Source of the DNA: a virus
IMG/VR virus record: IMGVR_UViG_3300049436_000052
Location: 201,433-265,432 of that record
Strand: one strand, 5' to 3'
DNA length: 64,000 bases
In this document: positions 31,855 to 44,735 of the stretch, piece after piece
Numbering within the stretch: the stretch's first letter is position 1
Layout: each line of letters starts with the position of its first letter
Translations under genes and position numbers: made by a program
The notes under the pieces: generated by a model
Databases searched by the model: none
What the model was told of the DNA's origin: nothing
What the model saw: only the letters and a program-made list of their open reading frames with translations

Positions 31855-32686
31855 TATTTACTATATTTTACGTAATTTGGTTTCAATTAAATTTTTAGAT
31901 TCGGTTAATGTGAGATTTAATTTATTTTTTACTATTCTTATAACATTTATCCATCTTTCTGATTGAATATAGATGGCAAGTTCTTTATTGAAAAACAATT
32001 GAATGTTTTTTATTGGATTTCTTGTTAAAGAAAGAAGTTTCCAAGATTTCTTAGGTTTAAGCATCAATTCAATTGCATTTTCAGGCAGCGTGGCAGGTTT
32101 GTGTTGACCAAACAACATATAGTTTTCTGATAACGAAACGCAAACATCAGTAAGCATAAATACTTTTTCAGTTTTAAGATCAATATAAAATTTTATGTTT
32201 TTCATATTTATTTAATTATTATTACTTTAACTTTGTGAAGATAAGAAAATTTGATAAATTCTTTTTCAATTTCAGTTATATCGTTTGTCCAAATTTTTAC
32301 ATCAATACTAGTATTATTTGGATAAACCATTATTGGTAAAATCCACCAACTTAAAAGAAACGAAAATATTGTTTTTTGTTTTAACTGTGCCTGATATACA
32401 ATTTCATCATTTTTAACAATCTTCTTTATTTTTCCTAAATAAGTTTTCATAATTATTTATTATTTAGTGGTGATTCCATCAATCTAGTTAAATTAAAACC
32501 AATCACATTTCCACAATGATTACATTTAAATCCATATGTTTGTTCAACCATTCTTGACATTGTAGAACAAACTAAACAATATGGTTTCCATCCATCATAC
32601 CAAGTACCCCCTTTTGCTTCTTTTATTCTTTTCAATTTTTCGTCATTGGAAAGAATTTCATTTTCTTTAATAGTTTCCATAATTTA

Positions 32687-33295
32687 CTATTCTTTTTTCG
32701 ATTCTTCTTCAAATTTCTTTTTTAAATTTAACAACACTTCATTATCTGCAAGTGTAGTGTGCATCCCACTCATTTTCTTTGCACCAACTTTAATTTCTTT
32801 TGGAGAAAGTTCACTAAAACTTTTCTTTATTTGTTTTTGATGAATGGCATATTCAATCTTTTTATTATCTCTAAACATTTCATTGATTGAAAAATCCCTT
32901 AGAGCAATAAGTGCAGCAATGCAAATTGGTTTGTCAGATTTATCTGATTTGAATTGTTTAATTGCTTCTATCGACCACCCTTCAGGAATTTTATTTTTAG
33001 AAACTAAATCTAATCGTTTTTGTTCAATTTCTTTATTTATTTTTTCGTCTTGAGTAAAAGCATTTTTCATTCTGCTTATAGATAGATCTGTAATTTCTTC
33101 TAATCGTGGAAACGAGCATCCCATTATTGCACATGGTTTATCTGTTCCAATCGCATAATCTGATTGATCAATAGGTATATAAGCATGAATTAGATGTAAG
33201 ATAAATTTTTGTGCCTTTTCACCAGAATTCCAAATTTCTTGGATTTTCTTATAAGCTTCTTGTATTTCTTTTTCTAATGTTCTTTGTGATTCCAT
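32687..33295 (-). CDS. Hypothetical protein
   Basis: 202 aa ORF. Confidence 0.7.
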   Translation of the reverse strand: MESQRTLEKEIQEAYKKIQEIWNSGEKAQKFILHLIHAYIPIDQSDYAIGTDKPCAIMGCSFPRLEEITDLSISRMKNAFTQDEKINKEIEQKRLDLVSKNKIPEGWSIEAIKQFKSDKSDKPICIAALIALRDFSINEMFRDNKKIEYAIHQKQIKKSFSELSPKEIKVGAKKMSGMHTTLADNEVLLNLKKKFEEESKKE

Positions 33296-33773
33296 AATAT
33301 TATTTTTATTTGTTAATTATTTTAAAGGAAATCGGTTAATCTTCCATTATTTTCTAAAATTTGTTATAGTTTAGGTAAATTAGTTAAAATCTATTTTTGG
33401 ATTATCGTCACTTTCATTAATTATAGAAAGAAAATTATCTATTTTTGATTTTAAATAAATTACTCGATTTAGAATTTTTTCTTTCAATATATCTAAATTT
33501 TTTGAAATATCTTTTTCAAAAGAGTATGTTGTATATTCAATGGTATTTGAAAAATCAAGATACGATGATTTTATATCCTGAATTGATTGAATATTAATTC
33601 TTCTTTCTATAATTTCTCCCTCAAATTTTCTTGTTAATTTATAAATTGTTTTTTTCTTTTCACAATTCCACTTTGTAATCATATAACCCAAACCTTTCGA
33701 GGTTAAAGATGCACTTATTTTATAAATATGACTATTATTTTCCATAATTTTTATAATTTAGTTATAATACTTC

Positions 33774-33826
33774 TTATACGAATAAATTAATAAAAATGTT
33801 TCCTAGATTTGGTTAATAAAAGTTAA
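33774..33826 (-). promoter_or_regulatory. ECF-type phage promoter
   Basis: Full motif on minus strand, N17 spacer. Confidence 0.85.
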
Positions 33827-34118
33827 AATTTAGATGACTTTAAAATCAATAAGTTCAAATTTAATATTTGAAAAACCACTAAACCCATTTAAATCTTTTT
33901 GAACAAAATGCGTCCACCAACAAATAAAATTTGCAACATCTTTTGAATACTCGTTTAAACTTATTTCTGCTAAATTTCCAAACATTCTTATTTTAATTGG
34001 TTCTGATAAATCTAAACAGGTTTCGAAAATTAAATAATTGCATCCATGTTGAAGTTTTTCTTTTCTATCTTCAACACTAAGTAACCCAATTTTATTCAAA
34101 ATATTAATTTTATCCATT

Positions 34119-34781
34119 TTATTTAGTTTTTAATGTAAAATATTGAATTTTCTTATTTTTATAGTGATAAGTTTGTAAACCAAATATCCATGCAAATTCA
34201 AGATATTCTTCTTCATTATCAACATAGAAAACATAATCATTTCTTTGATTTAATTCAATCAGTTGAATTATTTTCTTAATTTTTCCTTTACAAGAATATA
34301 TTTTATTTGGTAATATATAGTTTCGTTTTTCGAACCAAGTATTATCAATTGTTGGATTTGCAGAACAAATGACTGTTCTGTTTCTTTCCAAACACAATTC
34401 ATATAATTTTGAAAATGAATTTTCTGTAACTACACCATCAAAATCCAATACAATCAAAACATCCAGTCCTTTGTATAAATCAATTGTTGGAAAGAAATTA
34501 TCTCTGCTGGATTTAACAATATTATTAATATCACCAATAAAATCTCTTGAAAAATGATGAACTTTTCTTATTCGATTGGTCATGTATTCCATATAATTAA
34601 ATAAAGTCCAATTGATCTTATCCAAATACTTTTGAATATCAATATTTTTTCTAACAAAAATCTCAGTTAAAATATGTTTAATATGGATAATTTCATGTCG
34701 AACCAGTAAAGTTTTACATAAACCATATTTTTCAATATCTTGTGGAATGTTAGTTAGATAATTATTGTGATCCATAAACAA
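34119..34781 (-). CDS. HAD-superfamily phosphatase-like protein
   Basis: LDFDGVV motif I, ICSAN motif II, K, YVDN motif IV. Confidence 0.65.
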   Translation of the reverse strand: MFMDHNNYLTNIPQDIEKYGLCKTLLVRHEIIHIKHILTEIFVRKNIDIQKYLDKINWTLFNYMEYMTNRIRKVHHFSRDFIGDINNIVKSSRDNFFPTIDLYKGLDVLIVLDFDGVVTENSFSKLYELCLERNRTVICSANPTIDNTWFEKRNYILPNKIYSCKGKIKKIIQLIELNQRNDYVFYVDNEEEYLEFAWIFGLQTYHYKNKKIQYFTLKTK

Positions 34782-34975
34782 TTGAATTATAGTTTGACTA
34801 CATCAGAATTTGCGTTCATTGTTTTAATTAATTTGTAATTCTTTTGAGCATTTTTTAAAGAACAAGATTGTCTCATTGATAATTGTTTCCAAGCATCTTC
34901 TTCACTTTCAGCAGAAACTAAATAATAATGAAAACTACGTTTAAAAATAAATAAAGTCCATTCCATAAAAACAAA

Positions 34976-35539
34976 TTATTTTATTCTTTTAATACCAAAA
35001 TCACATTTTCTAATTTTACACATTCTACCATCTGTTTTGTGATGGAATACAATTCCTTCTATATCTACTTCAGGATTTGATAAATAGGTTTTTAATCCTT
35101 CAAAAGAAAAATTAGTAACATTAAGTTTAACACAACCATGTAATATTAATTGATGATCAGCAAAATTTTCAGAATTTCTTTGTATTTTAGGACCACACAA
35201 TTCATAGGTGCTGTCTATTTTCCCAACTAAATTATCAAAACCTTCGAAATGATATTTGTCAGCAGGATTGTTTCTATCACATTTAATCCAATGTGGATGA
35301 TGTCCCGTAATTTCATCTGGTTCTTGACACGGAATTGCATTTGGCGGAACTTCTTTTCCTTTTTTCACATCATATCTTTTATAAAGTTCGCCATTTATAA
35401 TAGCACAAGCAGTTCCATCAAATTTACGAGTTGCAATTCCTTCACCACTATTAACCCATTCATTTTCGGGATTGATCTCATTAATGACTTTACTTAAATC
35501 ATTAGGATCTTTTTTGTATAATGTACTTATTTTTTTCAT
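34976..35539 (-). CDS. ATP-dependent RNA-ligase-like nucleotidyltransferase (DUF5565-like)
   Basis: RKFDGT (KxDG), YELCG, EGIVF, CKIRK ligase motifs. Confidence 0.7.
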   Translation of the reverse strand: MKKISTLYKKDPNDLSKVINEINPENEWVNSGEGIATRKFDGTACAIINGELYKRYDVKKGKEVPPNAIPCQEPDEITGHHPHWIKCDRNNPADKYHFEGFDNLVGKIDSTYELCGPKIQRNSENFADHQLILHGCVKLNVTNFSFEGLKTYLSNPEVDIEGIVFHHKTDGRMCKIRKCDFGIKRIK

Positions 35540-36341
35540 AGTTAACTATTTAGATTTTAATTTCTGTAATTGTTCTTGTTTTTCTTTGATTTCATTTTCA
35601 AGATTTTCAATATATTTACTATATAACTTGTCTTTTTCATATTCGGTTATATCAACAATTCCTAAAGAATCGAGTAAATTACAAAATTCAGGTTCTTGTA
35701 TAATTTCACTATCAAATTCTGCCATTTTTTCTAACAAATCTTTGATTAACCACAATGCAGACCAACTATCTTCAAATGCTTTTAATCGTGCTGCTAATGG
35801 TTTGTTTTTATGAATTTCAATAAATTCAACTTCAAATTCGCCACTTGTTCCACCTTCTGGATGATACATTCCAATCATAATACTTATTTTACCATTTAAT
35901 GATTTAGAATACCATGCATTACTGTTTCTAACATATGCTCTTACACAACCTTCATGATTTTTCATAGTTAACTATTTTTAAATGTTATTAATATAATATT
36001 TCAAAGCCAATCTAATGGTTTTTTTCCATTGTTTCTTTTGAACAAAAACAGTAAAATTTCCTAGAAGTTTTTGTTTACCAGTTACGACTTGTTGATAACC
36101 GTCTCCAGTAATTGCAAACAATCCATTGTCATCGTAAATTAAACAAGGTGCATACCCAAATCTGGTATAAGTTTCCAATATAAAATCAACTTCGTATTGA
36201 TTGAAATTCTTTTTTATTTCGGTTATAATTTCTTCTTTAATTTCATCAATTCGAATATCATTGTAATCTATTTCTATCAAAGTTTCTCTTTCATCAAGAA
36301 GCTTTAAAAGATATTGTTTTTCGTTTTTCATATAGTTTAAA

Positions 36342-36995
36342 TTAATAATACATTTCGTTAGTTTCAACCACATAATAAACATCATCTTTTTTATTAATTG
36401 ATGTAGTCGTTTTCTTAATGTTGTTATTAAATTTTGATTTATATTCTGCTAATATAGTTTTTAATTTGGTTTTACAAACATGTAATCTGTTATGTACGGT
36501 ATGCGATGGAATGTTCAATTCCTCAGATATTTCATTATATTTTTTGTTTTCAAAATAAAACATGTTAAAGATTATTTGATCAGTTTCTTTTAATGTTGAT
36601 ATTGCTTCAGATATTCTTTTTGACAATTCGTTTTGATCATACTCGTTTTCAATGTCTATTGATTTATCAGCAATATCATACCTTAGTTTGTTTTCGCCCT
36701 TCCATTCACTCCCATTTTCACTTTCAGGGGATAATTGTGAAAAGAATAGAGGTTTATGTTTATATGCATCAAGTCTTGAATTGTCAATTAATAAACGATA
36801 AGCAATATTATATAACCATGTTTTTATTGCTGATTTTTTAGGATCATATTTTGAAATATTTTTAAATGCTTTAGCAAATGCCATTGCAGTTATTTCCTGA
36901 GTCAAATATTCGTTTCTAAAAGTTTTAGCTAAAATTGCCGAATAGACATCTTTATAATATGTTTTATAAATTTCATCAAAAGTAATGTTTTTCAT
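36342..36995 (-). CDS. RNA polymerase sigma-70 factor, ECF subfamily
   Basis: Region 2: F.KAF...YDPKK...KTWLYNIAYRLLIDNSR; region 4: L...DQIIF.M.Y....YNEISEELNIP..TV..RLH..K..LK. Confidence 0.9.
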   Translation of the reverse strand: MKNITFDEIYKTYYKDVYSAILAKTFRNEYLTQEITAMAFAKAFKNISKYDPKKSAIKTWLYNIAYRLLIDNSRLDAYKHKPLFFSQLSPESENGSEWKGENKLRYDIADKSIDIENEYDQNELSKRISEAISTLKETDQIIFNMFYFENKKYNEISEELNIPSHTVHNRLHVCKTKLKTILAEYKSKFNNNIKKTTTSINKKDDVYYVVETNEMYY

Positions 36996-37012
36996 GAGAT
37001 ATTATTTAGGAG

Positions 37013-37078
37013 TTTAAATCAAATCTTTAAATTTTATAGTCATACTGACTAAGTATTGAGGATATATAACCGTTAAGC
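37013..37078 (+). other. attI-like terminal site of array 3, directly upstream of the ECF sigma gene
   Basis: TTTAAATCAAATCTTTAA (reverse complement of the motif at 4741 and 10643), ATATATA, then GTTAAGC core. Confidence 0.6.
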
Positions 37079-37357
37079 GCAATAAAGCAACTCATCTAAA
37101 ATGCTCTTAGGTAAATTTGGAGATTCACACGATTTTAGAAATATCCAAATTTGAACATCACCACTATCCATCATTTGATGGATTATATCAGTTACAACAT
37201 AAAATCCTTTTTTTAACTTTAAAAAATCTTGGTCATAATCTTTTTCATATCCCTTTTGCTCTTTTCGAATAGCTATAAATTGATTTTCTTTTAATAATCT
37301 TAAATCAAATGAAAACCCAATATTAAAAATTTCTTTATTATCAATAAAAACTTTCAT
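37073..37357 (-). CDS. Cassette-borne hypothetical protein
   Basis: Bounded by GTTAAGCGCAAT (37072) and AATGTGCTTAAC (ending 37378); stop codon inside core; ATG at 37357 preferred over TTG. Confidence 0.7.
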   Translation of the reverse strand: MKVFIDNKEIFNIGFSFDLRLLKENQFIAIRKEQKGYEKDYDQDFLKLKKGFYVVTDIIHQMMDSGDVQIWIFLKSCESPNLPKSILDELLYCA

Positions 37358-37371
37358 AATCAATAAAATGT

Positions 37372-37466
37372 GCTTAACGTGCAATATAAATCAGTTGCTA
37401 TTAAGCTATTTTGTAAATTTGAAGCGTATCTGTTGGCAACCGCTTCATATTGCCTTACCGTTAGCT
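37372..37466 (+). repeat. attC-like recombination site (array 3)
   Basis: GCTTAAC (RYYYAAC)...GTTAGCT; arms GCAATATAAATCAGTTGC / GCAACCGCTTCATATTGC. Confidence 0.8.
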
Positions 37467-37741
37467 GCAATGCCCTCAAACTCATCCCATAATTCTTTTT
37501 CGGTATGTGGGTAATTGATTTCATACCATTCCCAAAAGTCAAAGTATCGCTGTCTGAAATATCTTAGGTTTTCCAATTCTTCTTTATGCGTATCAATTAC
37601 CCACTGTTCTGGTTTTCCACCAAATCCTGCAACAGGTAACGAAGGTATAACAGCAAATAAATCCAATACTTGCTTTTGTGTGTCAGCAACAGTTATCTTT
37701 CTATCATCAAGTTTCTTAAATATTTCTTTTATCTTTTCCAT
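37445..37741 (-). CDS. Hypothetical protein, probable degenerate cassette
   Basis: Ends reading through the GCTAAC core; contains in-frame GTT ATA. Confidence 0.6.
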   Translation of the reverse strand: MEKIKEIFKKLDDRKITVADTQKQVLDLFAVIPSLPVAGFGGKPEQWVIDTHKEELENLRYFRQRYFDFWEWYEINYPHTEKELWDEFEGIAANGKAI

Positions 37742-38584
37742 AACTTAATAAAATTTGTTGTTATTAAAACTCATTCAACAAAGCTTCAAGTTTTGATAAG
37801 ATAATATACTCAACCTTCCAATCAGTTGAATTGCCATAGTATTCGTGTCTGGTTTCTTCATTGTCATGAATTAAACTATCGATTTTTTTATACTGAAGAT
37901 AGGTTATATTTGGTTTAAGTTTTTCCAAAATTAAATCCAAAACTTTAAATCTATCTTTTGGGGGTTTTACATTATGTGGTTGTGGTTCATCACCATTATA
38001 ATCTCCCCCAGAATATCCACCAATTTCATATCTACAATAAACAACTGGTTCTTTAATAGATACTGGTATCATTGGTGGTTGAACGAATATCCCTTGATTA
38101 TAAGGGCATTTTTCGTTAATTTCATTAATTTCTTGTTTTGTCATGATAATAAATATTATTTTTTCAAAGTATTTAATTCAATCTTTTTATATTTTTCATA
38201 AAAATCTTTGTCAGAAACATATTGTCGTTTATTTTGATAGAGATAAAAAATAATATCAGTACCTCTTTGTATATTTCTTCCAACTTTAAGATTATATTCT
38301 TTTCCTGTTTCAGAATTTATAAATCTTCCAAGTGCTCTAATGTTAGTTAGTTTTGTCATGGTATTTAGTTTTTTATTTATAATAATTACAATCAATTAAA
38401 CAATATCAAAGTCAGTAACTAAAATTCTGTTACCATTCCTATCTATTATAGTTACATTAGGTAAATTATAAAGTGGGTTATTTGTAACTTCAACAATTTC
38501 ATATATTGGATGTATGTTAACTGATAACCTATTACATTTTATTTTCATTCCAACTTTTAATTCTACAACTTTTGTCATAAGTTT

Positions 38585-38944
38585 TTATTTAAAATTCCTT
38601 CTACAATAAAGATGTGCCATTTGTAAAGTAAAATGTGGAAAAGCGTATCTTATAAGTTTTGAAGCTTCAAGAAGTTTACGATTATTCCAACAAATTTTGG
38701 CATTTTCAATTAAATTCTCATTTTCATCTTTTAAACATTCAGATGAAGAAGCAACATTATAAAAATAACTTCCCTGATTGTTATAACCAAGTGAAGAACA
38801 TCCACGAATTTCAACATTTAGAAGATTTGAGATTTTATTACAAAAATTTGCGAAATCTTCCCATGTTGAAAATTCTATTGAGTCTTGGGATAATTCGTCC
38901 CACGCAAAACCAGATTTCTTTATAGTGTAATAAAAAGTTTTCAT
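38585..38944 (-). CDS. Hypothetical protein, paralog of 52104..52304
   Basis: M.TFYY.IK...IEF..WE.F..FCN...EIRGC...GYNNQGSYFY shared. Confidence 0.75.
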   Translation of the reverse strand: MKTFYYTIKKSGFAWDELSQDSIEFSTWEDFANFCNKISNLLNVEIRGCSSLGYNNQGSYFYNVASSSECLKDENENLIENAKICWNNRKLLEASKLIRYAFPHFTLQMAHLYCRRNFK

Positions 38945-39560
38945 GATAATATTATATAAAGGTACATAAATAATAAATATTTATTTCCGATTCTTGAAGA
39001 AAATTAATATCAATTTGTTTAGTTTCTTTAATAATTTTAATACTTTTAAAATTAAATTGATTTTCTAATTCATTAATTTTCTCCAATATTTCGTTTTTAG
39101 TATCTTCACTAAATTCATCAATTTCTTTAGGTGTAATATTATTAACGCACAAAGAAATAACATCACCAACATTAAATGGGTTTGAAACCATATTACTAAA
39201 TACGGCTATATTGGTTTGTTCATAATCCGTTAAATAAAAATATATTGTCATAATATTATTTTTGAAATTTCATCAACAATAGAATTGTGCTCTTCTCTTC
39301 CTTCTTTTGAAGAGTATGGTCGATATCCACCTGAACCCCATTCGCTCCAACATCTGGTTGGTTTAATGTTTTTTTCCAACAATTCTGCACAATATTTTAA
39401 TTCATATGCATCTGGTGAAGTATATTTATCATCTTCCCCATTTTCAGGTTTCCAATCAGGACTAATACCAGCATATTTATCTAAAAAATTATAGATTCTT
39501 TTTGCCAATTTTTGTGAGTTTGTTTCTTTCATAATAATATTTTTTAATTGTTTATACTAC

Positions 39561-39613
39561 TTATACGAAAATTGTTATGAATATGTTTCACGAATTATGT
39601 TAAAGAATGTTAA
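39561..39613 (-). promoter_or_regulatory. ECF-type phage promoter
   Basis: Full motif on minus strand. Confidence 0.85.
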
Positions 39614-41440
39614 ATTATATTATAATTAATGAAACATATTACCACCTCTTAAATCAAATTCATCAAAAACAATCGTAAAATTTTCAGAAAATAATGAATC
39701 TAGTAAATTTTCTTTTAATTCTACTGTAAGATAATTATCAAAACTATCCATAAGATATGGATCAAAATCTATTTCAAGTTTCCAAAAAAAATTATTTACA
39801 AAAACAATTGGTTTCAATAGTTGAGATAACATTTTTTTTACTTATTTAACTAAAAAGCCAAACCAATTGCAATTCCAAGGATTAGACCACAGAATAAAAC
39901 AATTAATAGAAATTTGGCACTACTGTTTTCATTTGCCAAATAATATTTTTTAATTGCTTTTGGAACATCACTATTCCAATAAAAGATAGCATTAGATGCT
40001 TCTTCATAATGTTCTAATGTTTTATTCATTAAATCTTTTTGTGGGGTATTATAAGCACGATTTTCCATATTGTTTTTTATTTTAAATTAGTTAATAAATC
40101 TTTTGCAATTAAATACGCACAATTAACATTATGATTTATTTCATTTTATTATATTCTTCAGTTGTAGCATATAACCACAAAATTCGATATTCTTCTAAGG
40201 TTAATTCATATAAACTTTCTTTCTTAAATTTCTCAAAAATAACCTTTTTATTGTTTTGATCATTCCAATCCAATAAATAATAGTATGATGTGGAACTCAC
40301 TTGTGATTTATCTGCTAATGTTTTCATGTTTAATTTTCTTTTGTTTCTTAGATTCTCGATTAAATTTCTTTTCAGAAATTTCTACAAAACCAGTTAAATT
40401 GGGATTTTCAACAGATTTTCCAAATGCATCATAAAAAGAATCTGGAATGTTTTTGATATATTCTGAAATGTGTTGAACTTTTTTTATTAATTCACCAGTA
40501 TTCGAATTTTTGTAATATGTGTAAGTTGTTTTCATATTTTATTTTTAGAAATTTCAGTATTATGATATGCAATTTCAATATTATATTCATCAATTGATTT
40601 GTTAAGTTCACTTATTCTACTCTTGATAATAGAAATGCTTTTTTCGTGATATTCAACTAAAATATTTGATATATATTCAAAAAGTGTTGTCGATTCATTA
40701 ACAAAATCAGGGAAAGATAAAGAAAAAATAACTTTATCTATCTGGCCTTGTCTTGTAAAATTTTTAGATTTTTTTGTCATCAAATTATTATTATCGATTT
40801 TTTATGTTAAATTATATCTTTTTATTATAGTTTTTTATTACTTTTTATCTTTTATTAGTATTTATAGTCAGTTCTTTGATATTTGGTTGTTAAAAAAATT
40901 ATACCTTTTTAACGTAAAATCATAAAGGTCAACAATTTTAGAAACAAGACGTTAAATTAAAATTTAGTTAAATGTTATTATATTAATGTTATTTTATAAA
41001 AATTAATTTTAACGAATCAAAATAATAGTTTCAAATAAAAGCAATCCTAAATACGAAAGTTGATAGGATAGAGGATATGGAGTTTATCCAATACTCAACA
41101 ATGGTATAAAGAAATGATATTATATGTTGTTTCATACTCTTCTTTAAAATTTGGTATATCTTACACAAATAAATTAGAATAATTTAGATTACTATCTTTT
41201 TCATTAATATTTAAATATTGATCGGTAGATCTAAGATGCCAAGCAACAAAAACAATTCCCAATTCGTTGCAATAATCTCCTATCAAATTTTCAACAGATT
41301 CATGTAAATCTATACCAAAATGATTAATTTTTTTTCCATTTAATGGTTCAACCAATTTATTTAAATTAGTTATTATTTCACCAACAGTTATATTTTTTTG
41401 TTTTTCCATGATACTTTTTATTAAATTATTGACTACCCAA

Positions 41441-41493
41441 TTTTACGCAAAAATAATAAATAAAGTTTCATGTTCAATGTTAAATTTTGTTAA
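41441..41493 (-). promoter_or_regulatory. ECF-type phage promoter at the divergent strand switch
   Basis: TTAAC-N5-TTAAC-N9-GAAAC-N17-CGTAAAA. Confidence 0.75.
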
Positions 41494-41611
41494 TTGTTAT
41501 TTAATTTAGAATCATTCTAAATGAAACCATTAAATAATGTTAATTTATTTATATTTTTTTGTTTTATCGATAATCATCTCTATTTTTGTAAATCTTATAA
41601 ATATAATAAAC

Positions 41612-44075
41612 ATGTTTAAAATTGAGAAATTAAATAATATTGATCAAACGTTTGACAAACAGTTATTACCAAATGGTTTTATTAGAAATAAATTTGTTGA
41701 TTTATTTTATATAACATTGATGACTGAGTTTAGCCGTTTATTTAATTATGGGGTAATTATTCCCACCACAACAATATTTACAAATACCTTAAAAGATAAT
41801 TAATAATCTAAATTAAGATGTTTAAGATTGAAAAATTAAATGACATTGATCAAATACTTGATGATTTGTTATTATCAAATGGTTTATTTAGATATAATTT
41901 TGTTGATATGGTTTCTGTAGAATTGATGGATGAAGTTGATTTTTTATTTAATCATGAGATAGGTATTTCTACCAAAATAATACTGAAAATATATTAGATG
42001 TTGAATAATAATTTAAAACAGATGTTTAAAATCGAGAAATTAAATAATATTGATCAAATACTTATTAATCATTTGCTACCATATAGTGTAATTAGAGATG
42101 AATTTTATATAATGTTAATGGGTGAGCTTAATTTTTTAGTTCTGAATGAGATAGATATTTATTCTATATGTATATATAAAAATACATTAAAAGATGAATG
42201 AAAGAATAAATCTATTAATTAGTAGAAAGTTATATGAACGATTTGAACTACAAGTATATGTTCTAAGAACTTACTTTGATAATGATATTGATCTTAGTTT
42301 AGATGATATTTTAACAGATATTTTATATTCCAAATTAAAAGATGATTTTGAAAATTTTGGACAAATATTAAATTTAGAAAATGATCAAAAATATAGATTT
42401 ATTATTTGAAAAAAATATATCTGAACAATTCAAAATGAATCCATATTTGTGGCTATATTCTGATAATGATATTGATTTTAAGTTAAAAAGTACTATATTT
42501 AGTTCTCTATTTTCTGAGATAAATATAATTGATAATCAATTTAATCAAATATTAAGTAAAATATTATCTTTATGAATCCGAAAAATAACTTTAACTTTAT
42601 TAATTTCCATATAACATTATTATTGTTTAAAAATTCGTTTGACGTTCAAATAATAGGTTTTGGTGAAATTATTAAGATAGATGTTTGCAATCCAGACGAA
42701 TATTCGCTTGATATTCATTTGTGCGAAACTATGGGAAACTTTTTTATATGAAAAAAATGGTTGGTAAGTTGTCTTTTAAATATTCTTTAACTTTAGAACT
42801 TCAAAAAATGCTGGAAATTGGTTTACATCATTTTGATGTTGGTTTTATTCGTCGTACAATTAATATAGGTATTACTGATGATGATATTGGTGTTGAAATC
42901 AGAAAAAATCCTAATACATTAAATGAACTTTCTGAATTATATATTTTAATTAATGATGTTTAATGGATAGAATTCTTGATATAAATTTGATAAATTTATT
43001 TAAAATCAAAGGATGTTATTCTCGACCAGATTTTATTAATGTGGATTTATTTCAATTAGAATATGAAGTTTGTTTGAGTCATTATATTTAAGATTTCAAT
43101 TAAATATATAATATAGTTTAACTATGGAAAAAGAAACATTGTTTTATGAATTCCTTGATGAAAAAATTATTATGTTGTTTAACATTAAAGGACTATATTC
43201 TGAACCCGATTTCATACCACCATTATATTCTGGTTTAGTGTCGAATGTTTGCCTAAATGAAGTTTACAAATCTTGTCTTGAACTTTATGAGGTTTGTTAT
43301 TAAATCTTAATTTACTGAAAATGAATAAAATAGAACTTAAGACATTAGATAATGTTTTAAAAATAATTGACAATCTATTATTTGATTATTTTAATAATGA
43401 TATTAGTGGAGAAATTAAGAATTCGTTTAATGAAAACATTTCAGAAATTTTATTAGGATTGGATAGTCTTTTTAAAGAAGTGGGTATTGATGAGATCACA
43501 TATATTTTTGAATGAACTTATCTTCAGATAACATGAAAACAATTTATTTATCATTGCAAAATGAGCATAGTAACTTTATAAATGAAATGAATGATGTTGA
43601 AAGGATATTTCAATTTATGATTGGTTATAACTTTATTAAATTATTTTTCGAATTAAAAGGAAATCTTAGTTTAGATCTTGAAGAATTAAATGATATTAAT
43701 TTTTAAATTAAAATATTATATATGGTAAATGTTTTTAGTAACAATGTTTTAAAGGCTATTGAAGAGGATTTAAATTCAAAATGTATCAGATTCCACATTT
43801 CTTCTAAAGCTTATGAAAGAGGTTATGTTGATGTAAATTTTGAGTTATTAATGATATTAAACGATGATTTTGAAAATATTTTAATGGGTGAGATTGTAAA
43901 TTAAGGAAATGTGAAAAATAAAATTTTTGAAGAAAACTTTCAACTATATTTTAATAGATTATATCAACTTGATGAACTAATTCCATTAGAATTAAGAATA
44001 CTTTTAAATGTATTGGAATTTAATAACCAATATCGGAGAGAATTTGATGATATAGTTTTTTTGTTATCTGATTGA
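41612..44075 (+). other. Tandem cluster of about 13 micro-ORFs (50-70 aa)
   Basis: Back-to-back ORFs, many with ATGA/TAATG overlaps, after a TATTTTTG promoter at 41581; first three start MFKIEKLN.IDQ. Confidence 0.7.
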
Positions 44076-44121
44076 TTTTTCATCATTAACCAACTTGTTA
44101 ATTTATTATGATAAAAGATTT

Positions 44122-44173
44122 TTAACTTTTTTTAACATAAACATTAAAACAAATTTTAATAATTGTCGTATAA
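44122..44173 (+). promoter_or_regulatory. ECF-type phage promoter (AAAAC variant)
   Basis: TTAAC-N5-TTAAC-N9-AAAAC-N16-CGTATAA. Confidence 0.7.
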
Positions 44174-44735
44174 ATAAATAAACTTAGAAATTTTAGGTTT
44201 AAATGCCTATAAAAAAATACAAGAATGGAAGATAAATTTTTTTATGTTTTTAAATCTGATCTTGGTACAAAAGAAAGTAAAATAAGAAATTTAAATAAAG
44301 AACTTTCATCTGCTTTATATTATAAATTAAGTGATTTAATACTTGGTACTATTTTTCAAAGTGTTGAAATTGCATTAACATTTGAAGAAGATGTTGTAAA
44401 TGATTTAGAATTGTGTACTTTTTAACTATAATAAATAAAATAACAATGAAAAACTGGAAGGAAGAGGCTCAAAAAATTTTGGATAAACATTTAACAACAA
44501 TGTTAAATAAATACCCAGAATCTTACAAAACATTAGAAGAAATGACAAAATTGCCTGAATATGAAATTATAATTAATGTAATGTTTGAATTTGCCAGATT
44601 GTACGCAAAAGAAGCTTTTGAAGCAGCTAGAAAATTGGTATTAAATAAAGGCAGTTTTGAAAGAAAAGACACTAATGAATGTTATATAAATATGTTTGAA
44701 ACATTTAACGATTTTTTAACTAATAATAAAATATC

